Assembly (NCBI GenBank): GCA_951406725.2
Contig: OX597815.1
Span: 181,846,001 to 181,910,000, forward strand
DNA length: 64,000 bases
DNA from: Octopus vulgaris
Lineage: Eukaryota
Reading direction: 5' to 3'
The position numbers were made by a program, and so were the translations under genes. Shown here piece by piece: positions 37,960 through 51,521 of this stretch. Under the pieces are notes generated by a model, which saw nothing but the letters and a program-made list of their open reading frames with translations, was not told where the DNA came from and made no database searches. How positions within the stretch are numbered: the first letter of the stretch is position 1; the number at the start of each line of letters is the position of its first letter.

Positions 37960-38518
37960 AAGGCGGCGAGCTGGCAGAAACGTTAGCGCACCGGGCGAAA
38001 TGCTTAGCAGTATTTCGTCTGCCGCTACGTTCTGAGTTCAAGTTCTGCCGAGGTTTACTTTGCCTTTCATCCTTTTGGGTCGATTAAATAAGTACCAGTT
38101 TGTCCTTGTTTGTCCTCTCTGTGTTTAGCCCCTTGTGGGTAGTAAAGAAATAGGTATTTCGTCTGCTGTTACGTTCTGAGTTCAAATTCTGTCGAGGTCG
38201 ACTTTGCCTTTCATCATTTCGGGGTCGATTAAATAAGTACCAGTTACGCACTGGGGTCGATATAATCAACTTAATCCCTTTGTCCTTGTTTGTCCTCTCT
38301 GTGTTTAGCCCCTTGTGGGTAGTAAAGAAATAGGTATTTTGTTTGCCATTACGTTCTGAGTTCAAATTCCGTCGAGGTCGACTTTGCCATTCATCATTTC
38401 GGGGTCGATTAAATAAGTACCAGTTACGCACTGGGGTCGATGTAATCGACTTAATCCATTTGTCTGTCCTTGTTTGTTCCCTCTGTGTTTAGCCCCTTGT
38501 GGGTAGTAAAGAAATAGG
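37960..38518 (+). mobile_element. SINE family B head-to-tail trimer
   Basis: Second and third units restart at ggtatttcgtctgc immediately after aaagaaata. Confidence 0.85.
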
Positions 38519-39125
38519 TATTCTAATATGTCTGAGAACAGAACGTTTTTTCTAAGTAAGGCAAACTCTTAAGAAGAGACGAATAATCTGAAATGCCTTT
38601 TTGTTGTAACGAGTTTCCTTGTCCGACCCTAACCAGCTCTCCTACCTATTTAAGAATTTTGTTTGTTAAACTTTTATTGTTATTCGGTTTTCCTATTATA
38701 TGCTCATCTCCATTTCCATCATATTCGTATTTTGTCCATTATACTCTTTCTGTATTGTTTGAGGCCTCAAGGCTTAAGACATCATCATCATTATCATTGC
38801 TGTTGTTGTCATCACCATCATCATAATATTTGACGTTCATAGAGTGAAGATGTCTTTCAGATCTTCCTTTCAAAACCATTTTATTCAAGCATTAACCACA
38901 GTTGCCTAAGGAGGGACTGCCATTGATATCTTGAAGCAGACAACAGGAAAAGGAGGTTTGTTTCACAAAACTTTTAAGACTTTATTTAACACACATTATA
39001 TTTTCACGTCCGAAATAACTGCCACACATGATTATGATACAAGAGTAAGCATTCCCGAGGATAAAAAGACAACACAATCAAAGCATACAACTAAATATAC
39101 AAAATGGACAACAAATAAATACTAT

Positions 39126-39297
39126 AGGCGCAGGAGTGGCTGTATGGTAAGTAGCTTGCTTACCAACCACATGGTTCCGGGTTCTATCCCACTGCGTGGT
39201 ACCTTGGGCAAGTGTCTTCTACTATAGCCTCGGGCAGACCAAAGCTTTGTGAGCGTATTTGGTAGATGGAAACTGAAAGAAGCCTGTCATATATATG

Positions 39298-39338
<41 letters not shown>

Positions 39339-39545
39339 ATGTATATATGTATGTATGTATATGTTTGTGTGTTTGTGTTTGTCCCCCCAACATCGCTTGA
39401 CATGCAGTTTGGCAAGGGAGACCGATAGAATAAGTACTAGGCTTACAAAGAATAAGTCCTGGGGTCGATTTGCTCGACTAAAGGCGGTGCTCCAGCATGG
39501 CCACAGTCAAATGACTGAAACAAATAAAAGAAAAAAGAAAGAAAA
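39126..39545 (+). mobile_element. SINE family A
   Basis: Head and tail present, with a small internal deletion. Confidence 0.85.
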
Positions 39546-40319
39546 GTAGAAGCATATACACATGCATATACACATATATTGAATCGAAATTGCATTAAAA
39601 AATAACCTTGGATAAATTTAATTTGTTAAAGTTATCCAAGAATGGCGTAGTGCATAAGGACTGTATCCGTAATCTTCTGTTCGTTTATGGAAGGGCTTAT
39701 AAAGGAAAATTTAAGAGGCTCTTAAAAGTTAGAATAGAGCAACTATGATGGTTCTTAATGAGAGGAGAAAACATCAAAGTCAGGAATGATTGAATGTATT
39801 TGGTACAAGAAAGGATTCCATTATGGAACGAAACACCCATAACCAATACACAATAACTGCAGAAACTCGGACAAAAGAACCGGTCCATGTAATGCTTATT
39901 GTTAATACAATCAGTGAACCTAGTTGTGACATCAGCTTAATATGGCTGCCTTTATTGAAAGATAAATATAAATTATCTCAAGTTATAACCTCAATTGTAT
40001 TACTATTTGTGAGAAATAAAGTCTCTGAGCTTTAAATTCAATCTGATACACATCAAGGCGTAATATGCCTTGGTAATAATCAAAGATAAAACTGATCGAA
40101 ATGTAGTGTAGATGTTTATACTGAAACTCTATTTCGCCTTTTAATTTAAGGTTAACAGTCCTTTACAAGCCATCAACCACTTGAATACCATTTAGACAAG
40201 ATGTTGTCATAATGCAATGAGCTGTGTTTATGCATGTTTATGTTGTTTGCGTATACATGTATATACAAAAATATGCATGCTCTTCATGTATGTATTTTTT
40301 ATACAGCAGGTTGCCCTGT

Positions 40320-40738
40320 GCTTACCTTGGATCATTAAGCAACCTGCTGTGCTTGAGGAGACCTATTGAGTCAAGTACATCAACATCAAAATAAATATCA
40401 AATGGAAATTGTAGTTGTGATACCCATACCGGTGGCACGTAAAAAGCACCATCCGAACGTGGCCGATGCCAGCGCCACCTTAACTGTCTTCCATGCCAGT
40501 GGCATGTAAAAAGTACCAACTGATAGTGGCTACTGCCAGCTTCCCCTGGCCCCTGTGCTGGTGGCACATAAAAAGCACTCACTACACTCACAGAATGGCT
40601 GGTGTTAGGAAGGGCATCCAGCTGTAGACACATTTCCAGATCAGACTGGAGCCTGGTGCGGTCTCCTGGCTTCCTAGACCCCAATCAAACCATCCAACCC
40701 ATGCTAGCATGGAAAACGGACATTAAACGATGATGATG
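40320..40738 (+). mobile_element. RTE 3'-tail fragment
   Basis: Same tail with a (GAT)n end. Confidence 0.8.
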
Positions 40739-41175
40739 TTGATCGACTCACTGGTGAAAATTATTTATCTACCATATCTTTCAAAGAAGTAGAATAAAGC
40801 CATATTTCCAATACGGCAATTCTGTTCTCCGTACAAACGCTCATCAGTCTGAAATACTCTGGTATTTACATTTCACAAGACTTCTTCCAAACCCTCTTTT
40901 GTAAGAAATATCAGGTCCTGTAATAATTTGTCGTGTCTAGTTTACAGAGTTTTCAAACTTTTTCCTCAACAATTGATAGTCAAGACCAGTTGTTTCTTTC
41001 TTCTTATTCTAATGATAAAATCTGTGACCTAAAATTATCTGCAGCTCCTGTCAGGGATTATGGTTACAACAACGCAATGCTGTCTGAGATGTCTCAAATA
41101 TTGTGAATGGGGATTCATCTGCCATTCTCTTCTTATCACTGTGAGTCTTTTCATATCATCATCAGCAGCAGCAAC

Positions 41176-41465
41176 ATTGAGCGAAAACACCTAAAGCTCC
41201 ACGAGGCTCTGACAGGGGGTGGTGGCGACCCCTGTTGTACTCTTTCGCTTCAACTTTCTCTCACTCTTTCTTCCTGTTTCTTGTCCCCGACTTCCCCTGC
41301 AACCGCTGAGCCTGGATGCACATTCATCCATCCGTCGATGCTCTCGGTATTAGCGGTTGACTTGCTTTCTCTTCTGCATGTCTTACGAATAGCAAAGGAC
41401 CACGTTTCGGACTTCTCCCACTACTGGAACGAAGAACGCTTCGCGCAACAGCAACAGCGCTCAAC
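41176..41465 (+). mobile_element. SINE family C, 5'-truncated
   Basis: Matches 58218-58570. Confidence 0.8.
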
Positions 41466-41535
41466 AGCAGCAACAACAACATTTAACATCCGTTTTCCAA
41501 GTTGGTATGGGTTAGATGGTTTGGCAAGAACTGAC

Positions 41536-41953
41536 AAGGTGGCGAGTTGGCAGAATCGTTAGCACGGCAGGTAAAATGCTTTGTGGTATTTCGTCTGCCA
41601 TTACATTCTGAGTTCAAATTCTGCTGAGATCGACTCTGCCTGTCATCCTTTCAGGGTTGAAAAATTAAGTACCAGTTGAACACTGGGATCGATATAATCG
41701 ACTTAATACGTTTGTCTGTTCTTGTTTATTCTCTCCGTGTTTAACCCCTTGTGGGTAGTAAAGAAATAGGTATTTCGTCTGCCGTTCCATTCTGAGTTCA
41801 AATTCCGCCGAGGTCGACTTTGCCTTTCATCCTTTCGGAGTTGATAATTTAAATACCAGTTACACACTGGGATCGATATAATCGACTTAATCCATTTGTC
41901 TGTCCTTGTTTGTCCCCTCTATGTTTAGCCCCTTGTGGGCAATAAAGAAATAA
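41536..41953 (+). mobile_element. SINE family B dimer nested in an RTE tail
   Basis: Same aaagaaata|ggtatttcgtctgcc junction. Flanks aagaactgaca / aagagctgaca. Confidence 0.8.
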
Positions 41954-42486
41954 GAGCTGACAGTGTCAGATGCCACATCAGATTTCCATGTCTGTTTTGG
42001 CATGGTTCCTACAGCTGGATGGCCTTCCTAATGCCATCCACTTTACACTGTGTGCTTGGTGCATTTTACATGGCACCAGCAACCAGTGTTTTCTGTATGG
42101 CACCAGCACTGACAGGGTCGACAAATATCTTGCCAGATGAAAACCCCTCGACTGTGTGGGGAGGAGTAGTACTGTGAGGTGTATGGTTTTGTGCCAGTTG
42201 AAAGATTTAAGCTATACAAGGATAAGTGCCTTGGTGTAAAGTGGGTACCACTAGATACCCCAGGAGAAAGACAAAGGTGAGTGAATTTAGAGAGTAAGAT
42301 AAAGAGAGTGACAGGGAGAGAGATGATGCTAAAGGCATGTCATGACATATCCTTGAGAAACAGAAAAAAAACAAAATACAGGAGAATTGTGTATATTGCC
42401 ACCCCCTTATGTATTTCTCACCAGACGATACAAAATTATTACATATAATCTTTAATTATAAATCTCACATCACTGAGACATTGCCT

Positions 42487-42938
42487 TGTAGCGTATCTGA
42501 TATCCTCAATGTTTGAGAAACACAATAAGAATGATCTCGTTTGAGATTACAGCCATCTTTGGCTGGTTTGACCCTGTTGTGTCCAGTGATCTCATTGGTT
42601 GGCATCTAGCACGATTTGTCGTTGGAACTGGAACATGGCTGAGTAGCTCTGTGGTCAGTGACTAGACCTTAGAAGATCTAAAGTCGAAAGACCAAGAATA
42701 GTGAAAATCTAGCCTATTTATAGCCAGTGGTAGGCTCAAAGAAGGCATCCTATCCGAAGACTGTGATTGGCTTGTTTTACAAAGTGGCATGAAATAAGTA
42801 GAGAGACAAATTGCGCCACATACCAACCAATCAGACTAGTGGACACAACAGGGTCAAACCAGCCAAAGATGGCTGTAATCTCAAACGAGATCATTCTTAT
42901 TGTGTTTCTCAAACAGTGAGGATATCAAATACGCTACA
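42487..42938. mobile_element. 452-bp MITE with long TIRs (Ginger-like TGT..ACA ends)
   Basis: About 100-bp near-perfect TIRs (TGTAGCGTA..gaccctgttgtgtcca / tggacacaacagggtc..TACGCTACA). Flanks GCCT / GTCT, a 4-bp TSD with one mismatch. Confidence 0.8.
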
Positions 42939-44007
42939 GTCTTCTATCCCAAACATATTTCAATAATTTATTTGTAACTTTCAAAACTCTGAAAGTGCAA
43001 CTAAAGTGTGTGAGTTATTCAGACATAACATTAACAAAAATAAAAAATGTAACTAATACAAGATGTGACAGTATGTCAATCACATTCTTCTATTATCTAC
43101 CGTCAATTGGTTTGAAGATAATCTGACATAAATAATTGTGGAAATCAGTATTAATTGCTTTCATAAACTTTCGAATAGAAGTCAAAAGAGGTGTTCATAT
43201 TTATTTTTTTTCTATGATCTTGCGAATAGATTGGTTTAAAAAAACCCCCAAACAACCCACTTTATTCCAGAATATTTAAGTAGACATACAGACAGACAGA
43301 CACTGAAGGTAGATATTAACACAACCATTTGCAGGAAGTCTTCAATTCAAGTTGTCCGTTTATTCTTTTTACTTTTGCTACAATATTAATTGCCTTATCT
43401 CCAAGTTTTCTTTTTCCCCGACAAACGCCTTTGCTTTGTGCTAACAAAAGTGACAAGTTTATGAATCATTTCTATTGTATTCTTGTCTACAGATTGAAAT
43501 AAGGAGAATCCCTCCCTCTCATTTCTAAAACTGTCTACTGACAGCTTTTATAGAAGAACTTGCTGCCAAGTTTTGATACATGAGCTCCTTATACAGCTGA
43601 ATCGAATCTAAACACTGAAAAAAAAAAAAAAACCTCAACCAACTCCACTCCATACCACTAAATTAGTTAATAAATAAATGAATGAAAAACAATTATGGTC
43701 TTATTGTATTTTTTACTTATAATTCATAATTTCCAACACAGCATTGCGTTATTTTTTTAGAATAGAGAATAGCTCATTACATTCCCTTTTTCTATATACC
43801 TATCTCGTTCCGTGATTTAATGGCTAACATTATCCAACAAATGCTATCATAAAATATCTTCTCAGTGGAAATATCCTCCACATAAAAAGCAATTATTTTA
43901 TAACAGGCCTTGAAGTGGGTTTCATATATTTCCTTTAGTTGACATCCTGATATTTTAACATCATGCTCGTAGGCATTCACTGATTTGTAAAGTTGTCATA
44001 CATAGTG

Positions 44008-44800
44008 GCTGGTGTGGCTGTGTGGTAAGAGGTTTGCTTCCCAACCTCATGGTTCCAGGTTCAGTCTCACTGTGTGGAACCTTGGACAAGTGTCTTTTTC
44101 TATAGTTTTGGGCTCAGCAAAGCCTTACTCTTTTTACACTTTTACTTGTTTCAGTCATTTGACCTTGGCCATGCTGGAGCACCGCCTTTAGTCAAGGAAA
44201 TTCACCCCAGAACTTATTCTTTGTAAGCCTAGTACTTATTCTATTGGTCTCTTTTGCCGAACCGCTAAGTTACGGGGACGTAAACACACTAGTATCAGTC
44301 GTCAAGCGATGTTGGAGGGGGAGACAAACACAGACACACAAACATATACACACGCATACATATATACATATATATATATACATATATACGATGGGCTTCT
44401 TTCAGTTTCCGTCTACCAAATCCACTCACAAGGCTTTGGTCGACCTGAGGCTACAGTAGAAGATACTTGCCCAAGGTGCCACGCAGTGGGACTGAACCTG
44501 GAACCATGTGGTTGGTAAGCAAGCTACTTACCACACAGCCACTCCTACGCCTCCTAAGCCTTGTGAGTAGATTTGATTGATGGAAACTGAAAGAAGCCCA
44601 TCGTGTTTCTCTCCTACCACCGCTTGAAAACTGGTGTTGGTTTATTTATGTTCTCATAGTTTAGTGGTTTAGCAAAAGAGACCAATAGAAAAAGTATCTG
44701 ACTTTATCAAAAAAAAAAAAGTATGGGGACCAATTCGTTCAGCTAAAATTCTACAAGGCAGTGCCCCAGCTTGGCCACAAGTTAATGACTGAAACAAAGA
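44008..44800. mobile_element. Young SINE A (44126-44552, minus) inserted into an older SINE A (plus)
   Basis: aagcctt is duplicated at both junctions and the outer halves rejoin as aagccttgtgagt. Confidence 0.8.
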
Positions 44801-45739
44801 AAAAACAGGAGATATGAGCAAAAACCTTCTGTTAACAGTTCCTTGTTGTTGGGAACAGGCTGCAATAACAAATGACATCATATCCGATGTTGTCATAATT
44901 AATTAAGAGTGGAAATACACTTCCAGAAACGTTTACAATAATCTTTTTTAATTGAAGCTTTTGTTTGACTATTTGAATATGGCACAGAACTTTTATTGGT
45001 CTTTTTGTGTTCCCTTAATCAAACGGGTTTCTTTTCTTTATGCATTTTTTTTTGTTAGAGCAGGCCAAACACATAATTGCGAAAAACAATTGCTCTCCAT
45101 CTGATCTGAGTGTGGGTTTCCCTTCCAAGCTCTCTGGATAAGGATTCTTCTCCTTTCTGACATCACAGGTATTAAGAATGGTAACCCATGATTTTCTCAC
45201 AATGCAATATAATCGATTACTGTGAGATGGAGAAAGAGAGACAGACAGACAGACAGACAGACAAGAATAATCTCTCATACGTGACTTTTACTTTATTTAT
45301 TGACCCAGAAGGGATGAAAGGCGAAGTTGATTATAGAAGAGTTCTATCTGATGACTCAACTAATTTGCTGCTAAACAGAACAAAAAAAATAAATAAATCA
45401 ACGGGAAACATATGTAATCACACATATATTTGAAATTGGTTTGAAGATAATCTGATGATGATGGTGATGATGATGATGATGATGTCTCTTTTAACAATTA
45501 TTTCTAAATTTGAATTATCAGATTCCAATGTTATAAGCAAAAATGCATTGCAGAATTATTGGGACAATTGTCATTTGCAGCTGGTTGGAGCTATTTCCAC
45601 TCTAACCATTCAACAATGAGTTATGCCATTTTTAGGCAGTATCAAAACAGGAAGATGACACCATTTTAGTGATCATTAAAGTATCCTAACCTAAATGATA
45701 TTTGGCTAATTAACCACATATTAATATATATACTTAGAC

Positions 45740-46100
45740 ACATGCTGGGCATAATGCTTAGCGATATTTCGTCTGCCATGACATTCTGAGTTCAAATTCC
45801 GCCGAGGTCGACTTTGCCTTTCATGCTTTCGGGCTCGATTAAATAAGTACCAGTTACACACTGGGTTGATATGATCAACTTAATCCGTTTGTCTGTCCTT
45901 GTTTGTTTCCTCTGTGTTTAGCCCCTTGTGGGTAGTATAGATGGAGGAATTTCATCTGTCTTTACATTCTGAGTTCAAATTCCGCCGAGGTCAACTTTGC
46001 CTTTCATTCTTTTGGGGTTGAAAAATTAAGGACCAGTTGAACACCGGGGTCGATGCAATTGACTAGTCCCCTCCCCACAAATTTCAGGTTTTGTACCTAG
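45740..46100 (+). mobile_element. SINE family B tandem units
   Basis: Two B-box/central domains in tandem. Confidence 0.7.
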
Positions 46101-46919
46101 AGTATATATTCTTAGATAATTTTGATGCTAGATTTGGAAATTTCCTGGCATTAAATGAAATTTTTATTTCTTACATGTTGCTATCATCTTTTATATCTTC
46201 TATCTTTTACTTGTTTCAGTCATTAGACTTTATCCACGCTGGGGCACTGCCTTGAAGAATTTTAGCTGAACAAGTCAACCCTAATACTTAGTTTGTTTCT
46301 AAAGTCTAGTACTTATTTCATTGGTCTCTGAGGACATAAACACACCAACATCGGTTCTCAAATGGTGGCGGGTAACAAACACAGACACAAAGACAAACAC
46401 ACATTGGTATACATATATACATATATATATATATATTGAAACAGCAAATATTTCAAAAGAAAAGTAGGCATGGTTTACTCGCTCGTGATCAGAAATGAGT
46501 AACTCTGAGTACTGGAATGTTATAACTTTGTGTGCAGGCACAACCGAGATGAAGGTCAATCAGTGCCAAAGTGGCTTCACTCTGCATATTTTAACTCTGT
46601 TGCCATTGCAAAAGTCCCAATACATTTTAATTAGACCTCCTGCAATATCTACAAATTTCTTCACCTCACAACAGCATATGTGTGTCACAAGCCACTGATA
46701 GAGCTTCTTTGACCTGCTAGACATAGCAGCCAAATCTCCTCAAAACACACTCTAACATCTTTAATAAAACAAACAAAAAAATATACAGATTGGGTGATGT
46801 GGTTTTGATACATTTGGTCTGAAGAAATAGAAGGAAAAAGATGAAATGATCATTTCTGGAATCCATTTAATCATTGTTCTGCTTGATCAGGGCTGACCTA
46901 GGGCTAAACATTAACATCA

Positions 46920-47292
46920 TCATCATTGTTCGACCGTGGTCGAGACAATGGAATTTACTATGTTATGCCAGACTTCACGGCCCATTATAGCATTATGGAG
47001 GTCCTGTTGCTGGATGCCTGTATCCCTGGAGATTACATCAGGGTAGGAGAGTGTGCGCCGTCTGGTATCACGAGCAGATGGTTTCCAGAGGAGAAGAGTA
47101 GAAATTACCTCGTTCTCAGCTCTACAACAATGTCCAGCAAACTGGACTCTTCTACCTTTCACAAGAGATGATACAGGTGGTAATTTCCCATATATTTGTA
47201 CTTTGGTTGGATGATGCTTCCACGAGAGATTTTGAGCTTTCATAAGGAGGCGAGTGTAAGTTCCATCCAACCGCCTCTCAAGCTTCTTTGAT
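46920..47292 (-). mobile_element. 5'-truncated LINE 3' end (RTE-X-like) with TSD
   Basis: LDGTYTRLLMKAQNLSWK.H.T..IYG.LP..RRVQFAGHC.R..LLLWKP. (TGA)n tail. 13-bp TSD aacattaacatca at 46907-46919 and 47293-47305. Confidence 0.85.
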
Positions 47293-47787
47293 AACATTAA
47301 CATCAGCAATCCAATGAGGGAGCCTCTAAGTAGTCACTTAACTAGCTAAAAATAACAGTTACTCTCCTTCAAATGACATTCTGTTGTCTTAAAAAGGACT
47401 ATGTACACAATATTGTGTAGTCCTTGATATACTACATCTGAAAATAAGTTGGTATGGACAAGCTAGAACAATATTTACGATAATATAAACAGCAACAAGA
47501 ACAACAATGTTAAATTTCTATTGCTAATATTTGATCTTTTTTTTGTTTTTTGCTTTTTCTTGTTGCTTTTTTTTGTTGCCTTCGAAACATTTCTCATTTC
47601 CTGTCTTTTTTCCAAGCAACAACAACAGTTACAAAGAAAATAACAAAGACAATAATATAAAATAAAGTATTTCCATAAATCTCACCTCAGCAACATCATT
47701 AAAAACCATATATCATGAACAACAACAACAACAACATCGAATGCAACTGCCGTAAAGTCACTAATATTAAAAATAGCAACCATAGCA

Positions 47788-48951
47788 AGTGTGACTGTGT
47801 GGTAAGAAGTTTGTTTCCCAACCACATGGATCCAGGGTCAGTCCCACTACTTGACACCTAGGGTAAGGGCCCTCGTACTATATATTTCTTTATTGCCCAC
47901 AAGGGGCTAAACATAGAGGGGACAAACAAGGCCAGACAAAGGGATTAAATCGATTACATCAACCCCAGTGCGAAACTGGTACTTTATTTTATCGACCCCG
48001 AAAGGATGAAAGGCAAAGTCAACCTTGGCAGAATTTGAACTCAGAACATAACGACAGACGAAATACTGCTAAGCATTTCGCCCGGCACGCTAACGTGTCT
48101 GCCAGTTCGCCACCTTGTACTATATCCATGAGTTGACCAAAACCTTGTGAGCGAATTTGGTAGATGAAAACTGAAAGAAGCCCCTGATATATATATATTC
48201 TTTCATTCTTTTACTTGTTTCAGTCATTTGACTGCAGTCATGCTGGAGCACTACTTTTAGTCAGACAAACCAACACCAGGTCTTATTCTTTGTAAGCCTA
48301 GTACATATTTTATTGGTCTGTTTTGCTGAACCGCTAGGTTACGGGAACATAAGCACACCAATATCAGTTGTCAAGCGATGGTAACGGGACAAACAGACAC
48401 AAAAACATATATATATATGACAGGCTTTCAGTTTCCATCTACCAAATCCACTCACAAGGCTGTGGTTGGCCTGAGACTATAGTAGAAGACACTTGCCCAG
48501 GGTTCCATGCAGTGGGACTGAACTCAGAACCATTTGGTTGGGAAGCAAGCTTCTTACCACAGCTGCATTATATCTCTTTTACTTGTTTCAGTCATTTGAC
48601 TGTGGCCATGCTGGAGCACCACCTTTAGTCAAGCAAATTTACCCCAGGACTTATTCTTTGTAAGCCTAGTACTTATTCTATTGCTCTCTTCAACCAAACC
48701 GCTAAGTTATGGGGGACGTAAACACACCACCATTGGTTATCAAGCAATGTTGGGGGGACAAACACAGACACAAATACATATATATATATATATATATATA
48801 CGATGGGCTTCTTTCAGTTTCCATCTACCAAATCCACTCACAAGGCTTTCGTCGGCCCGAGGCTATAGTGGAAGACACTTGCCCAAGGTGCCATGCAGTG
48901 GGACTGAACCCGGAACCATGTGGTTGAGAAGCAAGCTTCTTACCACACCTG
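47788..48951. mobile_element. SINE cluster: A head interrupted by B (47884-48115, minus; TSD gtactatat), then two minus-strand A copies (48198-48562, 48572-48951)
   Basis: Family motifs read directly. Confidence 0.8.
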
Positions 48952-49063
48952 TATGATATGTATATATCATAAGTTCTTATGTCTGCAATTCTCTCCCACC
49001 ACACTTTGACCAGTGTGAAGCATACCATGACCAGCATGTACAACAACATCTGATAATCTATTC

Positions 49064-49372
49064 CAGTGCTTCTTAAAGTGTGAGTCATGACCCCGAATGG
49101 AGTCACAAAGCGAAATGCTGAGGTCGCGAAAATTAAATTCAAGCATTTGAATTTCCGTTTAGCTGTTATTTCACAAATGCACAAATCCTAAAACTACTTT
49201 TATTTTGACGAATAATATAACTACTTTTTCTTATATGTTCAGCAAAACAAAACAAAAAATGAATGATTTATGCATATATTTGTATGTTTTGTTTCATATC
49301 TAATTCCTGGTGTCGCAAAAAATCTTGTGAAGAAAAATGGGGTCATGAGTGAAAAATGTTTAAGAAGTGCTG
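49064..49372. mobile_element. hAT-type MITE
   Basis: TIRs CAGTGCTTCTTAAA / TTTAAGAAGTGCTG. 8-bp flanks ATCTATTC / GTGTATTC. Confidence 0.7.
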
Positions 49373-49387
49373 GTGTATTCGATACTG

Positions 49388-49778
49388 TCATCATCATCAT
49401 CATCATCATCGTTTAATGTCCGTTTTCCATGCTAGCATGGGTTGGACGGTTCGACCAGGGTCTGGGAAGCCAGGAGGCTGCACCAGACTCCAGTCTAATC
49501 TGGCAATCTTTCTACAGCTGGATGCCCTTCCTAACGCCAACCACTCCGTGAGTGTAGTGGGTGTTTTTACATGCCAGGGGAGGCTGGCAACAGCCACGAT
49601 CGGTTGATGCTTTTTACGTGCCACCGACACAGGTGCCAGGGTAGGCTGGCAACAGCCACAATCAGTTGGTAGTTTTTATGTGCCACCGACACAGAAGCCA
49701 GTCAAGGCAGTGCTGGCATCGGCCAAATACTGATGGTGCTTTTTAGGTGCCACCGGCACAGGTGCCAGGGTAGGCTGC
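49388..49778 (-). mobile_element. RTE 3'-tail fragment
   Basis: (CAT)n, conserved tail and tandem units. Confidence 0.8.
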
Positions 49779-50242
49779 ATACTGTAAATTCAAAAATTAA
49801 TGTTAAAATAAGGCTGATTATAATCCTTTTCTTTACTCTGAGTAAAGAAGATCATAAAAGATGTGTCAATAATTAGTTAAATATATAACAATAGTTATAC
49901 GTATATCAATCAATATTTTTTTATTAATAATAAGTCATATCTTTTGCTTTGAACATGAACAACTTTTGTAATAAAAAAATGTGTTATCACCTGATCTTGC
50001 TCTTATATAATGTTGGTACTTTATTAGAAACATGAAAGGCAAAACAGATTCTAACAGTCAAAATCAGTAAATAGAGACATTTACTCGAGCATTTTTTTTC
50101 CCACTAATAAAACACTGTCAGAATTAATATAGTTTGTATATGAAGTTGTTCACATATAAAAGCTGAGGCAAAATCCACCATTGAGCTTAACCCTTTAAGT
50201 CCCAGAGTACTTGAATATCTGAATATTACTTTCAAATTTTTA

Positions 50243-50655
50243 CGTAGGAGTGGCTGTGTAGTAAGTAGCCTGCTTACAAACCACATGGTTCTGGGTTCAG
50301 TCCCTCTGCATAGCACCTTGGGCAAGTGTCTTCTACTATAGCCTTGGGCCAACCAAAGCCTTCTGAGTGGGTTTGGTAGACGGAAACTGAAAGAAGCCCA
50401 TCATATATATGTATGTATATATATATGTATGTGTGTGTATATGTTTGTGCATCTGGTTTGTCTCCCACCAGCATCACTTGACAACCGATGCTGGTGTGTT
50501 TACATCCCCATAACTTAGCAGTTCGACAAAAGAGACCGATAAAATAAGTACTAGGCTTACAAAGAATAAGTCCTGGGGTCGATTTGCTTGACTAAAGGTG
50601 GTGCTCCAGCATGGCCGCAGTCAAATGACTGAAACAAATAAAAGAGTAAAAGAGT
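50243..50655 (+). mobile_element. SINE family A
   Basis: Full structure. Confidence 0.88.
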
Positions 50656-51228
50656 GTGATTGAAAATAGTTTAAAAGGAAAAAAATAATTATCAAAACTC
50701 CTCTAGAAATGGAAATACTCGGTGTCCTGTGATTAGGACACTGAGACAATGTGATAAAGCTTATTTAATGTTCTCATTTAGGGTCCTACTTATAGGTCAG
50801 TGGGACATAATGGGTTAAAATATGATGTCTGCATCTTATTTCTAAATTGTTTACAAATGATCATATTTTCCTGTAAGTACTCTCGGCTATTTAAATGGTT
50901 GGCCACTGGTTTGCAGGTTTTCTATCAACTGGATATCTTGAACTGGACATCTGTGTGTGTGTGTGTGTGTGTGTGCATATGTAGTTGTGTATTACTGTCT
51001 CCTTGCCTTGACTTCATGTGGTAGTCGTGAACGAATGTCACCGACATGCATGTGGTGTCCTCCATTTCATCTTCCCTGACAATATTTGGTCATGGGGAAA
51101 TATTACCAGGCTCAGAATCAGTGAGAGGTCGGTGATGACAAGAAAAGCATAGGGCTGTAGAAGAAAATCTGCTTCAAAAACATTCTATCACTGAATCTAT
51201 ACAAGCATAGAAAAATGGACATTAAAAC

Positions 51229-51471
51229 AATGATGATGATGATTGATGATGATGAGGAGGATGATTGATGTTGATGATGATGATTAATGATGATGATGAT
51301 TATGATGATTAATGATGATGATGATTATGATGATTAATGATGATGATGATTATGGTGATTAATGATGATTGATGATGATGAGGATGATTGATGTTGATGA
51401 TGATAATGATGATGATGATGATGATTGATGATGATGATGATGATGATGATTGATGATGATGATGATGATTG
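51229..51471. repeat. Long imperfect (GAT)n tail of an old retroelement
   Basis: Follows gacattaaaacaatgatg. Confidence 0.85.
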
Positions 51472-51521
51472 ACATTTTACAACATAACTTGATTAAAGTG
51501 ACGTGGTAAGGATAATAGATG

